This document shows positions 34,781 through 47,279 of a stretch of 64,000 bases of DNA, in pieces (the stretch's first letter is position 1; each line of letters starts with the position of its first letter). The stretch covers positions 62,001 to 126,000 of the forward strand of contig OZ251250.1 in the NCBI GenBank assembly GCA_965240325.2, written 5' to 3'. The stretch is from Rebecca billardiae RCC1528 (Eukaryota > Protista > Haptophyta). The notes under the pieces are model-generated. The model had not been told where the DNA came from, did not search any database, and worked only from the letters and a program-made list of their open reading frames with translations. Position numbers and translations under genes: made by a program.

Positions 34781-35703
34781 GGGAGGTGTCACCAAACCGA
34801 GCTCAGAATGAGGAGTGTACCGAGCTAAGCGGATGTACCATGGTACACTTTGGTACATAATTGGTACACTATTGGTACACTATTGGTACATGTAAAGATG
34901 TACCAAGTGTACCAATAGTGTACCAATTATGTACCAAAGTGTACCAACGCATCCTGGCAATGTACCAAATGCCATTGGGTGTACCATGGTACATCAGTTT
35001 GGTACATCCACATAGCACATGTTGGTACATTACCTGATGTACCAACTCCTCCCAAATGTACCAACTCGTCCGAAGAATGTACCAATGTGTCCCAACGATG
35101 TACCAAATGTACCATACCATGTGTACCAAACGTCCCCCAATGTACCATCTGAATGTACCAACTTTTCATGAATGTACCAATAGTGTACCATCGTCGGCGA
35201 TTCAGAGCAGTGGTACACTTTCCTGGGTGTACCTGGTACACCCAGAATCCCACCAAGTTGGTACATTCAGCGGAAATTATTTGGTACACTTGGTACATTT
35301 TCAGGACGAGTTGGTACATTTTTTGGTACACCCTGGGACAAGTTGGTACACTTTGGGGAGCAGTTGGTACATTCAGGGAGGAGTTGGTACACTTGGTACA
35401 CTTTTGTGTGCAAACTGGTACATGGTTGGTACACGTTGGTACACTCATGAAATGTACCAAAGTATACCATTTATGTACCAAAGTGTACATGGTACACCCA
35501 ATGACATTTGGTACATATTGTCAGGATGCGTTGGTACACTATTGGTACTCACACTATTGGTACACTATTGGTACACTTGGTACATCTTTACATGTACCAA
35601 TAGTGTACCAATAGTGTACCAATTATGTACCAAAGTGTACCATATGGTACATCCGCTTAGCTCGGTACACTCCGGTTCTGAGCTCGGTTTGGTCGATCTA
35701 CCC
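34781..35703. mobile_element. Foldback-type element built of TTGGTACA/TGTACCAA repeats (about 920 bp)
   Basis: About 230-bp inverted arms starting GGG..ACCAAACCGAGCTCAGAA..GGAGTGTACCGAGCTAAGCGGATGTACCA; dozens of GGTACA units; AT-rich; empty site GGTGAGCACTGAGCGAAGCG at about 7241 upstream of copy 1. Confidence 0.88.
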
Positions 35704-36054
35704 GTTATGAGAGCGAAGCGCTGTCGCCGCGCGCTGTGGCATCCACTGTCCGTTGCCTGAGCTGCCCGGACTGTCAGACGTCAGTCACAGGCGGGCGGCC
35801 CGGACCCGGCAGGAATCTGAGACTCTGTCGAGCCAGATTGGTGCGACGCTCAGTGCGAAGCCGAGTGGGCACGTACGCACTTACAAACTCAGATTCGAGG
35901 CGATGCGCTGCTGGCCGTCCGACCGCCAGGCGCCAGCCAGCCTGGGCGGCGGCACCGTGGGCCGACGGTGGCGGCCCCGCGCCCGGCTGCTGTGTCCGCT
36001 GCCACCGCCGCCCACGACTGCAACGGAGCAGTGGAGCGTCGGCAGAGGCGCGCA

Positions 36055-37911
36055 TCAGCAGACACGGGCACAACACGTCGTCCCGATGCACGCGGGCGTG
36101 TCAACCCGCTGGGTGGGCTCGTCTTGCTCGGCCTCGCTCATGCCGAGGCCGAGCGCGGCCGAGCGCTTGCCGCACGCGTACACGCTGCCGTCCGCACTCA
36201 CAAACAGCGAGTGGGAGAAGCCCATGGCACAGTGCACCACGCGTGCGTGTGCAAGCGCGATCGCGCGCGCGGGAGCCTCGACGGCCGCGCCTCCGCGCCC
36301 CAGTCCGAGCTGGCCGTACCTATTGTGCCCAAACGTGTGCACGCTGCCGTCCGCGCTCAGCACCGCGCTGCCGCAGCTGCCCGCACACGCGCGCACGATA
36401 CGCACACCCGCAAGGGCGTCAAGCCGCCTCGGCGTGAGTTGCGGGCGCGTGTCGCCATGCCCGAGCCTGCCACCCCCGCCATACCCAAACGAGTACACCA
36501 CCCCCTCGCTGTCCACCACCAGGCTGTGGCCATCGCCCGCGCTCACGTGCACGGTGCGCACGCCCGCAAGCGCCTCGATGCGCCTCGGCGTGTGCTGCTC
36601 CTGCTGGTCGCCGTGGCCGAGACGGCCAAACTCGCCACTGCCACACGAGTAGACGGCGCCATACACATCGAGAAGTAGCGCGTGGGCACCGCCCGCGGCC
36701 ATCCCGCCCACGCGCACGCCGTCCAGCGCCTCGATGCGCGTCGGCTGCAGCCGCCGCTGCGTGTCGCCGTGGCCGAGCTGGCCGTAGCCGTTGTGGCCCC
36801 AGCTGTACGCGCAGCCCGCAGCCGTGAGCGCGAGGCTGTGCGCATAGCCTGCCGCGATGCACACGACGGGCTCACTCGCGGGTAACCCGACGAGTGTGAA
36901 AGAGCGTTGCTCCTCCTCGTCGCCCAGCCCCAGTTGGCCGTACCCGTTGTCGCCGCAGCCGTACACGGCGCCGGCCTCGCTCAGCGCAAGCAGGTGGGCC
37001 CAGCCGGCGGCCACCGCGACCACGCGCACCGCGGAGAGCGAGGCGACGCGCGTCGGCACGTATACTGGCGGCACCTGACGCCCGTGAGCGATAGCAAGCG
37101 GCGCAAAGTGCCCAGAAACCACCTCCTCGTCCTCGTCGTCGCTCGCCTGCTCGTCATCCTCCTCCTCCTCCTCCTCCACCTCGCCACACGTGTGCAGCCC
37201 GCCCTCCGCGTCCACAAACGCGCTGAAGTTGTCGCCAAGCGCGGCGCCACACGCGGCGACGCACGCGTGCCGCGCACTCATCTCCAGCACGCGCTCGCGC
37301 TCGAGCAGCTCGGCCGTCCACGTGCGCGGCAGCGTCGGCAGCGCGCGCTCGTGCCCGCGCGCGCGCACGCGCTCGCGCAGCGCGTGCTCGACAGCCGAGC
37401 CGCGGCCTGGCGCGCCGCGGAAGAGGCGTGACGCGGCGTTGGCCGCGGCGAGATCGCGAGCGCTGCCGAGGTGAACGAGCACGCGCACGATCAGGTCAAA
37501 GGGCAGCGCGGCCAAAGCAGGCCCCGACGCCTCCAGCGCAGCTGCGCTGCCGCGGCGCGCCCCATCCCGCCCCGCGCCGCCCGAGGGCCGCGCGAGCGTG
37601 ACGGGGCCTGCTGCGACAGCCACGTGGCGCGTAGCGCCGAGCCGGCGCAAGCCAGCGTACATCGTCGTCGCACACGACACCTGCGTGGTGCGCCCGCAGC
37701 TGGCGCGGCCGCAGCGCACGGCACAGCACTCGGACGCGAGCGCGCGCTCGAAGAGGCACACGTTGTGCGCGACGTGCTCCGCGCCGCAAGCCAGCGTGGC
37801 CCACGGCTGCAAGCCGATGCGCTCGCCGCAAAGGACACAGGTGCGGTCGTCGGGCGTTGGGCTCGGCGCCGAGGGCGTCTCGCCGTCGTGCGCACCCGGC
37901 GTGTGCTCCAT
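36055..37911 (-). CDS. RING-H2-like/F-box-like/RCC1-repeat protein, copy 10 (type C)
   Basis: 618-aa ORF with the same architecture as copy 6. Confidence 0.9.
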   Translation of the reverse strand: MEHTPGAHDGETPSAPSPTPDDRTCVLCGERIGLQPWATLACGAEHVAHNVCLFERALASECCAVRCGRASCGRTTQVSCATTMYAGLRRLGATRHVAVAAGPVTLARPSGGAGRDGARRGSAAALEASGPALAALPFDLIVRVLVHLGSARDLAAANAASRLFRGAPGRGSAVEHALRERVRARGHERALPTLPRTWTAELLERERVLEMSARHACVAACGAALGDNFSAFVDAEGGLHTCGEVEEEEEEDDEQASDDEDEEVVSGHFAPLAIAHGRQVPPVYVPTRVASLSAVRVVAVAAGWAHLLALSEAGAVYGCGDNGYGQLGLGDEEEQRSFTLVGLPASEPVVCIAAGYAHSLALTAAGCAYSWGHNGYGQLGHGDTQRRLQPTRIEALDGVRVGGMAAGGAHALLLDVYGAVYSCGSGEFGRLGHGDQQEQHTPRRIEALAGVRTVHVSAGDGHSLVVDSEGVVYSFGYGGGGRLGHGDTRPQLTPRRLDALAGVRIVRACAGSCGSAVLSADGSVHTFGHNRYGQLGLGRGGAAVEAPARAIALAHARVVHCAMGFSHSLFVSADGSVYACGKRSAALGLGMSEAEQDEPTQRVDTPACIGTTCCARVC

Positions 37912-38306
37912 GCGTCGTCGACGACCGTCGCAAAGCGGGGCCGCCTTCGAGCTTGCGGAGGGCGAGACGACGACGGTTGGTCATCCGCTTACCCCCGTAC
38001 CGTCAGTACACACTGGCGTAGCTAGTTACCGATGTAGCTACAGTTTACTGTATGTACAGCGCTAGCCGCAGATCGCGAGCAGCAGGTTCGAGTCGTAGAC
38101 GCTGATGCGCTGATGATGATGATGGCGCGCAGTCAGACCGCGCCAGCCGCCAGGCGGCCCACCCACCGCCCAGGGCCAGGCGCCATGGCCTTGAGCCTGG
38201 GCGGCGGCACCGTGCGGGCACCTGCTGAGGACAGCCCGTGCCATCAACGGCTGCGTCGGCTGTCACCACCGCGCACTGTCTCTGCAGCGGAGCAGTGGGG
38301 CGCGCG

Positions 38307-40175
38307 TCAGCAGCCGACACGCGCACGCCACGCCGTCTCCACGAGCACGGGCGTGCCAACCTGCTGGGTGGGCTCGTCTTGCTCGGCCTCGCTCGTGCCG
38401 AGGCCGAGCGCAGCCGACCGCTTGCCGCACGCGTGCACGCTGCCGTCCGCACTCACAAACAGCGAGTGGGAGTAGCCCATGGCACAGTGCGCCACGCGCG
38501 CGTGCGCGAGGGCACCCACGCGCGACGGGGCCCTACGTCCAATCTCTCCAACCTCTCCGTGCCCCAGTCCGAGCTGGCCGTTGCGGATGTCTCCAAACGT
38601 GTGCACGCTGCCGTCCGCGCCCAGCACCGCGCTGCCGCTGCCGCCCGCACACGCGCGCACGATGAGCACACCCGCAAGGGCGTCAAGCCGCCTCGGCGTG
38701 AGTTGCGAGCGCGTGTCTCCATGCCCGAGCGCACCAAACTTGCCAAGCCCAAACGAGTGCACGCGGCCGGTAGCGTCCACCACCAGGCTGTGCACATCGC
38801 CCGCGCTCACGTGCACGGCGCGCACGCCAGCAAGCGCCTCGATGCGCCTCGGCGTGTGCTGCTCCTGCTGGTCGCCGTGGCCGAGCTGGCCAAAGTAGCC
38901 GTGGCCACACGAGTACACGGCGCCCTGCGACGAGAGTAGCAACGCGTGCGATTCACCCGCGGCGACGCCACCCACACGCACGCCACTCAGCGCCTCGATG
39001 CGCGTGGGCACCCGCCGCTCCTCCGTGTCGCCGTGGCCGAGCCGGCCATTGCCGTTGAAGCCCCAGCTGTACGCGCAGCCCGCGGCAGTGAGCGCGAGGC
39101 TGTGCTCGGTGCCTGCCGCGATGCACACGACGGGCTCACTCGCGGGTAGCCCGACGAGAGCGAATGCGCGTTGCTCGTCCTTGTCGCCCAGCCCCAGTTG
39201 GCCGTACCCGTTGTCGCCGCAGCCGTACACGGCGCCGGCGTCGCTCAGCGCGAGCAGGTGGAACTGCCCAGCGGCGACGGCGACCACGCGCACCGCGCTG
39301 AGGGAGGCGACGCGCGTCGGCACGTATACTGGCGGCACCTGACGCCCGTGAGCGATAGCAAGCGGCGCAAAGTGCCCAGAAACCACCTCCTCGTCCTCGT
39401 CGTCGCTCGCCTGCTCGTCATCCTCGTCCTCCTCCTCCTCCACCTCGCCACACGTGTGCAGCCCGCCCTCCGCGTCCACAAACGCGCTGAAGTCGTCGCC
39501 AAGCGCGGCGCCACACGCGGCGACGCACGCGTGCCGCGCACTCATCTCCAGCACGCGCTCGCGCTCGAGCAGCTCGGCCGTCCACGTGCGCGGCAGCGTC
39601 GGCAGCGCACGCTCGCGCCCGCGCGCGCGCACGCGCTCGCGCAGCGCGTGCTCGACAGCCGAGCCGCGGCCTGGCGCGCCGCGGAAGAGGCGTGACGCGG
39701 CGTTGGCCGCGGCGAGATCGCGAGCGCTGCCGAGATGAACGAGCACGCGCACGATCAGGTCAAAGGGCAGCGCGGCCAAAGCAGGTCCCGACGCCTCCAG
39801 CGCGGCTGCGCTGCCGCGGCGCGTCCCATCCCGCCCAGCGCCGCCCGAGGGCCGCGCTAGCGTGACGGGGCCCGCTGCGACGGCCACGTGGCGCGACGCG
39901 CCGAGCCGGCGCACGCCAGCGTACATCGTCGTCGCAGACGACGCCTGCGTGGTGCGCCCGCAGCCGGCGCGGCCGCAGCGCACGGCACAACACTCGGACG
40001 CGAGCGCGCGCTCGAAGAGGCACACGTTGTGCGCGACGTGCTCCGCGCCGCACGCGAGCTGCGCCCACGGCTGCGAGCCGATGCGCTCGCCGCACAGGAC
40101 ACACGTGCAGTCGTCGGGCGTCGGGCTCGGCGCCGAGGGCGCCTCGTCGTCGTGCGCACCCGGCGTGCGCTCCAT
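38307..40175 (-). CDS. RING-H2-like/F-box-like/RCC1-repeat protein, copy 11 (type C)
   Basis: 622-aa ORF, nearly identical to copy 6. Confidence 0.9.
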   Translation of the reverse strand: MERTPGAHDDEAPSAPSPTPDDCTCVLCGERIGSQPWAQLACGAEHVAHNVCLFERALASECCAVRCGRAGCGRTTQASSATTMYAGVRRLGASRHVAVAAGPVTLARPSGGAGRDGTRRGSAAALEASGPALAALPFDLIVRVLVHLGSARDLAAANAASRLFRGAPGRGSAVEHALRERVRARGRERALPTLPRTWTAELLERERVLEMSARHACVAACGAALGDDFSAFVDAEGGLHTCGEVEEEEDEDDEQASDDEDEEVVSGHFAPLAIAHGRQVPPVYVPTRVASLSAVRVVAVAAGQFHLLALSDAGAVYGCGDNGYGQLGLGDKDEQRAFALVGLPASEPVVCIAAGTEHSLALTAAGCAYSWGFNGNGRLGHGDTEERRVPTRIEALSGVRVGGVAAGESHALLLSSQGAVYSCGHGYFGQLGHGDQQEQHTPRRIEALAGVRAVHVSAGDVHSLVVDATGRVHSFGLGKFGALGHGDTRSQLTPRRLDALAGVLIVRACAGGSGSAVLGADGSVHTFGDIRNGQLGLGHGEVGEIGRRAPSRVGALAHARVAHCAMGYSHSLFVSADGSVHACGKRSAALGLGTSEAEQDEPTQQVGTPVLVETAWRARVGC

Positions 40176-40361
40176 GCGTCGTCGACGACGTACGCGCGTG
40201 AGCTACTGCTCGCAAATGCAATACTGTAAGGTCTGGCGCTCTGCAGTGGCTGATGCCAGCTGAAACTGGGGCTTTTGGCCCAGTTTGCGATGGCACAGTG
40301 GGGGGCTTCGCGGGTCAGTAAACTGGGGAAAAGCCTCAGTTTCAGATGGCATGCGCCCACT

Positions 40362-41416
40362 GAGGCCGCTCGAGCGACTTCGTGTCTGGCGAGGCAGATC
40401 GCGCCAGTGCGTGGCGAGGCAGACGCTCGCCTGCCTCGCCGCTTGGCGAGGCAGCTAAGCTAGTAAAGCCGCGGCCGAACTTTACGAAAGCCAAATGTCT
40501 GCCGGTGCGCCGCCCGTCTTTTGCGCACGGTGACAAGGGCGCGCGAGGGCGCTTCCTCACGATCCCGAAGAGCGCTGCGCGCGGCGTCGCGTTGGCGGCG
40601 GCAGCTGCGCTGGGGTGTATCTTGCCCATTCTGCGTGGCGGCGCGCTCTCATGACGCCTCGGCCGCCGCCACGCCATGCGCGACCGGGCGTGTCGCCTTC
40701 TTGACGGGCAGTGCACACGCCCTTGCAAGCGCACAGCCGTGAAGAGCCGAGAGCGTCCGTCGCGAGCACGCCGCCCACGCGGGATGCGTTGCCAGGGCTA
40801 TTCGTATGACACTGGGTGCTCGCGCTCTGGCATGTGCGAGCCAGGATGACCATGGGTAGCAGCTACGATGAGCACTGCTAACCTGCATTTCAGCCGATGA
40901 CAGGCCTCTCTTTCAGCGATCTTGACTGCTCTGAACGCATGGCGAACTCGGCGAAGCGCATGCGCAAGGTGGCTTCGGTGACAACATAACGCATATCGCG
41001 TGGGCGGCGTGCTCGCGACGGACGCTCTCGGCTCTTCACGGCTGTGCGCTTGCAAGGGCGTGTGCACTGCCCGTCAAGAAGGCGACACGCCCGGTCGCGC
41101 ATGGCGTGGCGGCGGCCGAGGCGTCATGAGAGCGCGCCGCCACGCAGAATGGGCAAGACACACCCCAGCGCCGCTGCCGCCGCCAACGCGACGCCGCGCG
41201 CAGCGCTCTTCGGGATCGTGAGGAAGCGCCCTCGCGCGCCCTTGTCACCGTGCGCAAAAGACGGGCGGCGCACCGGCAGACATTTGGCTTTCGTAAAGTT
41301 CGGCCGCGGCTTTACTAGCTTAGCTGCCTCGCCAAGCGGCGAGGCAGGCGAGCGTCTGCCTCGCCACGCACTGGCGCGATCTGCCTCGCCAGACACGAAG
41401 TCGCTCGAGTGGCCTC
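40362..41416. mobile_element. Nested ~1.05-kb palindromic (foldback) element in the left arm
   Basis: About 430-bp near-perfect inverted arms (40362-40790 / 40985-41416; GAGGCC..GGCCTC ends) around a ~200-bp spacer; missing from the right arm. Confidence 0.85.
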
Positions 41417-42094
41417 CCACCGGCTGTGCCATCGCAAACTGGGCCGAATCGCCCAGTTTGCGTGTGCACGGGGACGCACTGCGGCCGGCTGCAACTTGGC
41501 TCAGCATGGGGCAGCTGTCCACAGCCCAGGCGGGGCGTCACCGCCTGCGGGCCGCCGGTGGGCAGGGCCGACGGCGTCGCAGAGCTCATGCGTGGGAGCG
41601 GCGCGTTGAGAAGGCAACCAAGGTCGAGAAGGAGGGGGCAAGGCCGGCAAGCAGCAGGGGCCACCGGTACGTTCGTACATGCCTCCACACCGGTGCACAT
41701 CACCCTTGCTCGCGGCCGTGACCTGTGCTGGCACTCACCTCATCATCGCCCACCATGCAGTGGCGGCCGAGCTAAGGCGAATACTCACATGCACCGAACA
41801 CGCATCGGCGGTGCCCACTGGTGCTGGCATGCTGTCCTCTACTTGCTGTCGGACAGCAAGCGGAGACGGCACCGCCGCAGCTGCGAGCGGGTGAGGTGCT
41901 GCTCTGCTCAGCGAGGCTGAGAGGCTGAGCACGGATCACGGATGGTGAGCCCTGGTCTCTCAACGCATCCAGGAGAGCAGTTGGTGCATAACTGTGCTCA
42001 GGCGTGCAGGACCAACCATCCGGTGCTGCTTCAAGCACCCGCGCCAACAGCGGCGGTACTCAACTCCACGCTGCTCATGCGGCCACACAGCTGC

Positions 42095-44200
42095 AGGGAT
42101 GGTGCCACGGCGGGCGGCGGCGGTCGACGCAGCTGTCAGCTCGGCGGTGCGCGCCCGAGGGGCCTAGGCGACGAACGCGCCGAGCGCGGTGTGGCTGCTC
42201 GCTTCGCCCAGCGCGCGCGAGCCGCTGCCATCGGGCGCTGCTGCGCCCGCGCCCAGCCGGGGCAGCAGCAGCTGCGCTCGACTCCGCGCCGAGTGCGGCG
42301 GCAGCAGCGGGGATGGTGCCACGGCGGGCGGCGGCGGTCGCTGGAGCTGGCAGCTCGGTGGTGTGCGCCCGAGGAGCCTGGGCGCTGGGCGCACCGAGCG
42401 CGGTGACGCTGCTCGCCTCGCCCAACGCGCTGGAGCCGCTGCCACCGGGCGCCGCTGCGCCCGCGCCCAGCTTGGGCAGCAGCAGCTGCGCTCGACTCCG
42501 CGCCGAGTGCGGCGGCAGCAGCGGGGATGGTGCCACGGCGGGCGGCGGCGGTCGCTGGAGCTGGCAGCTCGGTGGTGTGCGCCCGAGGAGCCTGGGCGCT
42601 GGGCGCACCGAGCGCGGTGACGCTGCTCGCCTCGCCCAACGCGCTGGAGCCGCTGCCACCGGGCGCCGCTGCGCCCGCGCCCAGCTTGGGCAGCAGCAGC
42701 TGCGCTCGACTCCGCGCCGAGTGCGGCGGCAGCAGCAGGGATGGTGACACGGCGGGCGGCGGCGGTCGCTGGAGCTGGCAGCTCGGTGGTGCGCGCCCGT
42801 GGAGCCTGGGCGCTGGGCGCACCGAGCGCGGTGACGCTGCTCGCCTCGCCCAACGCGCTGGAGCCGCTGCCATCGCGCGCTGCGCTGCCCGCGCCCAGCT
42901 TGGGCAGCAGCAGCTGCGCTCGACTCCGCGCCGAGTGCGGCGGCAGCAGCAGGGATGGTGCCACGGCGGGCGGCGGCGGTCGCTGGAGCTGGCAGCTCGG
43001 TGGTGTGCGCCCGAGGAGCCTGGGCGCTGGGCGCACCGAGCGCGGTGACGCTGCTCGCCTCGCCCAGCGCGCTCGAGCCGCTGCCACCGGGCGCGGCTGC
43101 GCCCGCGCCCAGCTTGGGCAGCAGCAGCTGCGCTCGACTCCGCGCCGAGTGCGGCGGCAGCAGCAGGGATGGTGCCACGGCGGGCGGCGGCGGTCGCTGG
43201 AGCTGGCAGCTCGGTGGTGCGCGCCCGAGGAGCCTGGGCGCTGGGCGCACCGAGCGCGGTGACGCTGCTCGCCTCGCCCAACGCGCTGGAGCCGCTGCCA
43301 TCGGGCGCTGCTGCGCCCGCGCCCAGCCGGGGCAGCAGCAGCTGCGCTCGACTCCGCGCCGCGTGCGGCGGCAGCAGCAGGGATGGTGCCACGGCGGGCG
43401 GCGGCGGTCGCTGCAGCTGAAAGCTCGTTGGTGCCTGCCCGATGGGCCTGGGCGCTGGGCGCACCGAGCGCGGTGACGCTGCTCGCCTCGCCCAGCGCGC
43501 TCGAGCCGCTGTCACCAGGCGCCGCTGCGCCCGCGCCCAGCCGGGGCAGCAGCAGCTGCGCTCGACTCCGCGCCGCGTGCGGCGGCAGCAGCAGGGATGG
43601 TGCCACGTCTGGCGGCGGCGGTCGCTGCAGCTGAAAGCTCGTTGGTGCCTGCCCGATGGGCCTGGGCGCTGGGCGCACCGAGCGCGGTGACGCTGCTCGC
43701 CTCGCCCAGCGCGCTCGAGCCGCTGTCACCAGGCGCTGCTGCGCCCGCGCCCAGCCGGGGCAGCTGCAGCTGCGCTCGACTCCGCGCCGAGTGCGGCGGC
43801 AGCAGCAGGGATGGTGCCACGGCGGGCTGTGGCAGTCGCTGGAGCTGGCAGCTCGGTGGTGCGCGCCCGAGGAGCCTGGGCGCTGGGCGCACCGAGCGCG
43901 GTGACGCTGCTCGCCTCGCCCAGCGCGCTCGAGCCGCTGCCATCGGGCGCTGCTGCGCCCGCGCCCAGCTTGGGCAGCAGCAGCTGCGCTCGACTCCGCG
44001 CCGAGTGCGGCGGCAGCAGCAGGGATGGTGACACGGCGGGCGGCGGCGGTCGCTGCAGCTGGCAGCTCGGTGGTGCGCGCCCGAGGAGCCTGGGCGCTGG
44101 GCGCACCGAGCGCGGTGACGCTGCTCGCCTCGCCCAGCGCGCTGGTGAGTCGCTGCCACCCGGCGCTGCGCTGTCTGCGCCCAGCCGGAGCAGCTGCAGC
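42095..44200 (+). repeat. 214-bp tandem repeat, about 10 units (left arm)
   Basis: GGATGGTG(C/A)CACG unit starts recur every 214 bp (about 42097, 42311, ... 44023). Confidence 0.95.
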
Positions 44201-44597
44201 AGCTCAGATCAGCACCGTCGCGACTGCTCGGTCGATGCGTATGATGAACTAGATGAGTGACCCGCTGACTCGCTGTCAGCAGTCGCAGCCTCGCAGCGCG
44301 GCCGGCCGCCGCGTTAACCCGCCGGTAGTAAACGACCGCGCGCGGTCGGTTATTGCGGGGGCGGGGCACGGCCGGTCAGAGCCGCGAGCCGAGCGGCTAC
44401 TGAGTACTGTGTCATCACCGTCCGGTCTCCGACTCCGGAGTCGCGTCCCGCCGTCCGATCGGGGATATTCGGGCGATCCGGTTACGCGGACCCGATCTCC
44501 GAGGAGTTGGTCATAATGTACTATATATATATATGCAGCAGACCGACAACTGGTATAGAGGGCTCATGGCACTGCATGCGCAGCCGCAGCAGCTATA

Positions 44598-45107
44598 CAG
44601 GCAATCGCGGGCAATAAGAAGTCAGAGATCTCACGGCTAGCCTCGGTTTCTTAGCCGTTCGGTAGCCCGAGCGCCTACGGAGTCTCAGTTTCTTAGCGCT
44701 AGGTCCGCCCGCCGCGCAGGCGCGGGGGGCGCAGGGGGGCAGAGCCCCCCGCTGAGTCTTTAGGCCCGGCCGGCGAGGCCGACGAAAAATTTGGGCCTTT
44801 TTGGATGAGCAAATCTGGCATGATGTTGCATGGATGCTGCGGTGCACTGGCCAGGAGTCAGTCATCAGGAGAAGTCGGGACTTGGCCTGTACTCGTTGTC
44901 GGGCCGCGCGCCGCGTCCCCGACGGGCCGACTGCGCCTCGCCCCTCGGCGGACCACTCGTCAGCCGGGACGACGTAGTCCCGGTTTCTTAGTGCGACTAT
45001 GCGTATAGCGAACCAGCCAATCGCTAGCCTCAGTTTCTAGGCCTGATCCGCAGATAGCAAGCCCCAGTTTCTTAACGTGACAGCTTCTTATTGCCCGCGA
45101 TTGCCTG
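44598..45107. mobile_element. MITE (510 bp) in TA context (Tc1/mariner-like)
   Basis: Perfect 24-bp TIR CAGGCAATCGCGGGCAATAAGAAG / CTTCTTATTGCCCGCGATTGCCTG flanked by TATA; internal CTC(A/G)GTTTCTTAG repeats. Confidence 0.9.
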
Positions 45108-45118
45108 TATATATATAT

Positions 45119-46800
45119 GAGCCGACGTCAGTTGTATTGCCGCTTTGGATAGTGTGGTCAGTTGTATTGCCAAAAGCACGTTATGACTACCGTGGTCAGT
45201 TGTATTGCCGTTTTCAGTAGTATGGGTCAAGAATATTGCCGCTTTTGGATAGTGTGTCAACAATATTGCCCGTCAAATACTGGTTTCAAACAAATGACCC
45301 TTTCACACTACTTGGTTCGAGAATATTGCCGTTTTCGAGCTTGAACATAGTCTGCTCAGAAATATTGCCCTTTCCATAACTATGTGTCAGTTGTATTGCC
45401 GCCAGCAGCTGGTGGCTGGGGCACGACTCGCACTCAGACAAGAGACTCGCGCAGCCCGTGTGCGCGCGCGTGCAGAGCTGCGACTGCCTGCGCGCGGCAT
45501 GCAGGATACGCAACTGCAACCAACCGACATGCCATCATCATGCGGCCTGCGTAGCTCATCTTGACTTCCAGTAGCAGTCGGCGCTTCCCGTCGCCGTCGC
45601 GCTTGCCGCCCGCTGGCGGCCGGCCGCCAGCGCCATCGGGACTGCTGCTACTTCAGCGGCCACGTGAGCCGCATCGCGTCCCATGCCGCTGCACGCGCCG
45701 CCTCAAGCTGCGACCGCGCTCGCCAAGCCTGCCACTCGGGTTCCAGCAGCAGCAGGAAGCGTCGCCTGCCCCTCCTGCTTGCTGGCTCGTCGAGGCGCGC
45801 GCGGCACACCGCCCGCCAGTCGGTGCGTTGTGTCCCAGCTGGCAGTACGCCTTGGACTTCCTCCTCCACGGGCCAATCAGCCTGCGTTGACGAGTGCGAC
45901 TGGCGCACGGTCAGCCACCTGCACACGGTTGGCCACAGGGCAGTCTGCTGTTGGAGTGATGACAATCGCAAAAAGGCACGCGCCAGCAGTGTTGCACGAG
46001 CGAGAGCGACGCGCGTTGGTTGATCGCCACGGTGACAGTCGATGGCAGGCAGTGAGGGGAACGCGCGTCGCGTTAGTCAAGCTCCTTGAGGCCGTTGAAG
46101 AGCACACGCCCGTCGTGCACGTTCGACTCCCGCGAATCGGGGCGCAGCAACACACGCTCACCCTGCTTCACGCATGCACCTGCATGCGCTGCCGTCGCAA
46201 TGTCATCGACTGCGCGCTTGACGGTCCCGGAGTCGAAGTGAGCACGCAGCAACGCCGATTCGATAGAAGTCGCGACGGATTCTCGCCCGTCTCCGCGTAG
46301 ACGGCGAGTAGCCCGAGGTGCACGCGCGTGTTGCACTGCGCGCGCATGCGGCAGCGTTTGTGCAGATTCCGGTCCACGGTTCAGCTCGTCGTTCGACTTG
46401 ATGATGTCGAGGAACACGGCGCTACCCCGGCAGAGATCGTCGTCGTTGAACGTCACTCTTCTGGCCTGGGATCAGCTAGGCCTGCTCAAGGGCACGCCGC
46501 GCACGCCGGCGGCGCCATCATCAGCGCGTGGGCGATCGCGGCAACAAACCTGAATCAAAGATGCGCAAACGGCAACACAACTGACCCACACTACGCGACG
46601 GCAATACAGCTGAACAAAGTATTGGGCCATCATCCACGGCAATACACCTGACACAAGTATTCGACGTTGGCAACAAGATTGACACGTGATTCCCAAACAT
46701 GGAAAACGGCAATACACCTGACCACGGTAGTCAAAACGTGCGTTTGGCAATACACCTGACCACACTTTCCAAAACGGCAATACCGCTGACATTATCTCTC
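45119..46800 (-). mobile_element. Deleted MULE/MuDR-like element inserted in (TA)n, with degenerate transposase relic
   Basis: Inverted ends of more than 100 bp starting GAG with repeated GTCAG(T/G)TGTATTGCC motifs, (TA)n on both sides; the minus strand retains a SWIM-like FCDCHH....LPCG(H)RVQVA (one frameshift) and a knuckle-like RRKSKAYCQLGHNAPT. Confidence 0.7.
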
Positions 46801-47279
46801 TATATATATATATATAATGCGCGCCGCTCGGTCATCGGAGCAGAGTGATGAATTCGTCTGGCGTCATCTGCGCTACTATACTTATTATAAATTCTTAGCT
46901 GCGCTCAAATTCGCGCCGTCATATTCGGAGCAGACTACGGTATTCGATGCTGATGATGATATGCTTATGATGATGCCGATGTATCGCGCGACGACGATAT
47001 AGCAGTCGTCCATATCCGCCAATACCGGCCGGGCTGTGCTCGGCACTCCGCGACTCGCGAGTCCGGATCACCTACGGGCACGGCACTACTCCGCCCCGAG
47101 TACGACCACTGACTACGCCATCCGAGGCATCAGTCAGGCACGGCTGGGCTGCTGCCTGCGGCCCGGCACAAGCGACTCGCTCATCTACTTCACATACGCA
47201 GCGACCGAGCAGCAGTCGCAGTAATCTGCTGAGCAGCAGCAGTTAATCACCAGCCTGCTGCTGCTGCTGCCTGCCACGA

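Noticed and set aside
34781-35703. CRISPR-like array, or the W/Y/T/V-rich ORFs in the GTAC region
   Set aside because: Repeats are 6-8 bp with no unique spacers and no cas genes; the ORFs are translations of the repeat.
42075-44260. 400-520-aa ORFs in the 214-bp repeat as real proteins
   Set aside because: All frames are open because of extreme GC; the period is not a multiple of 3; no domain is recognisable; they lie inside transposon arms.
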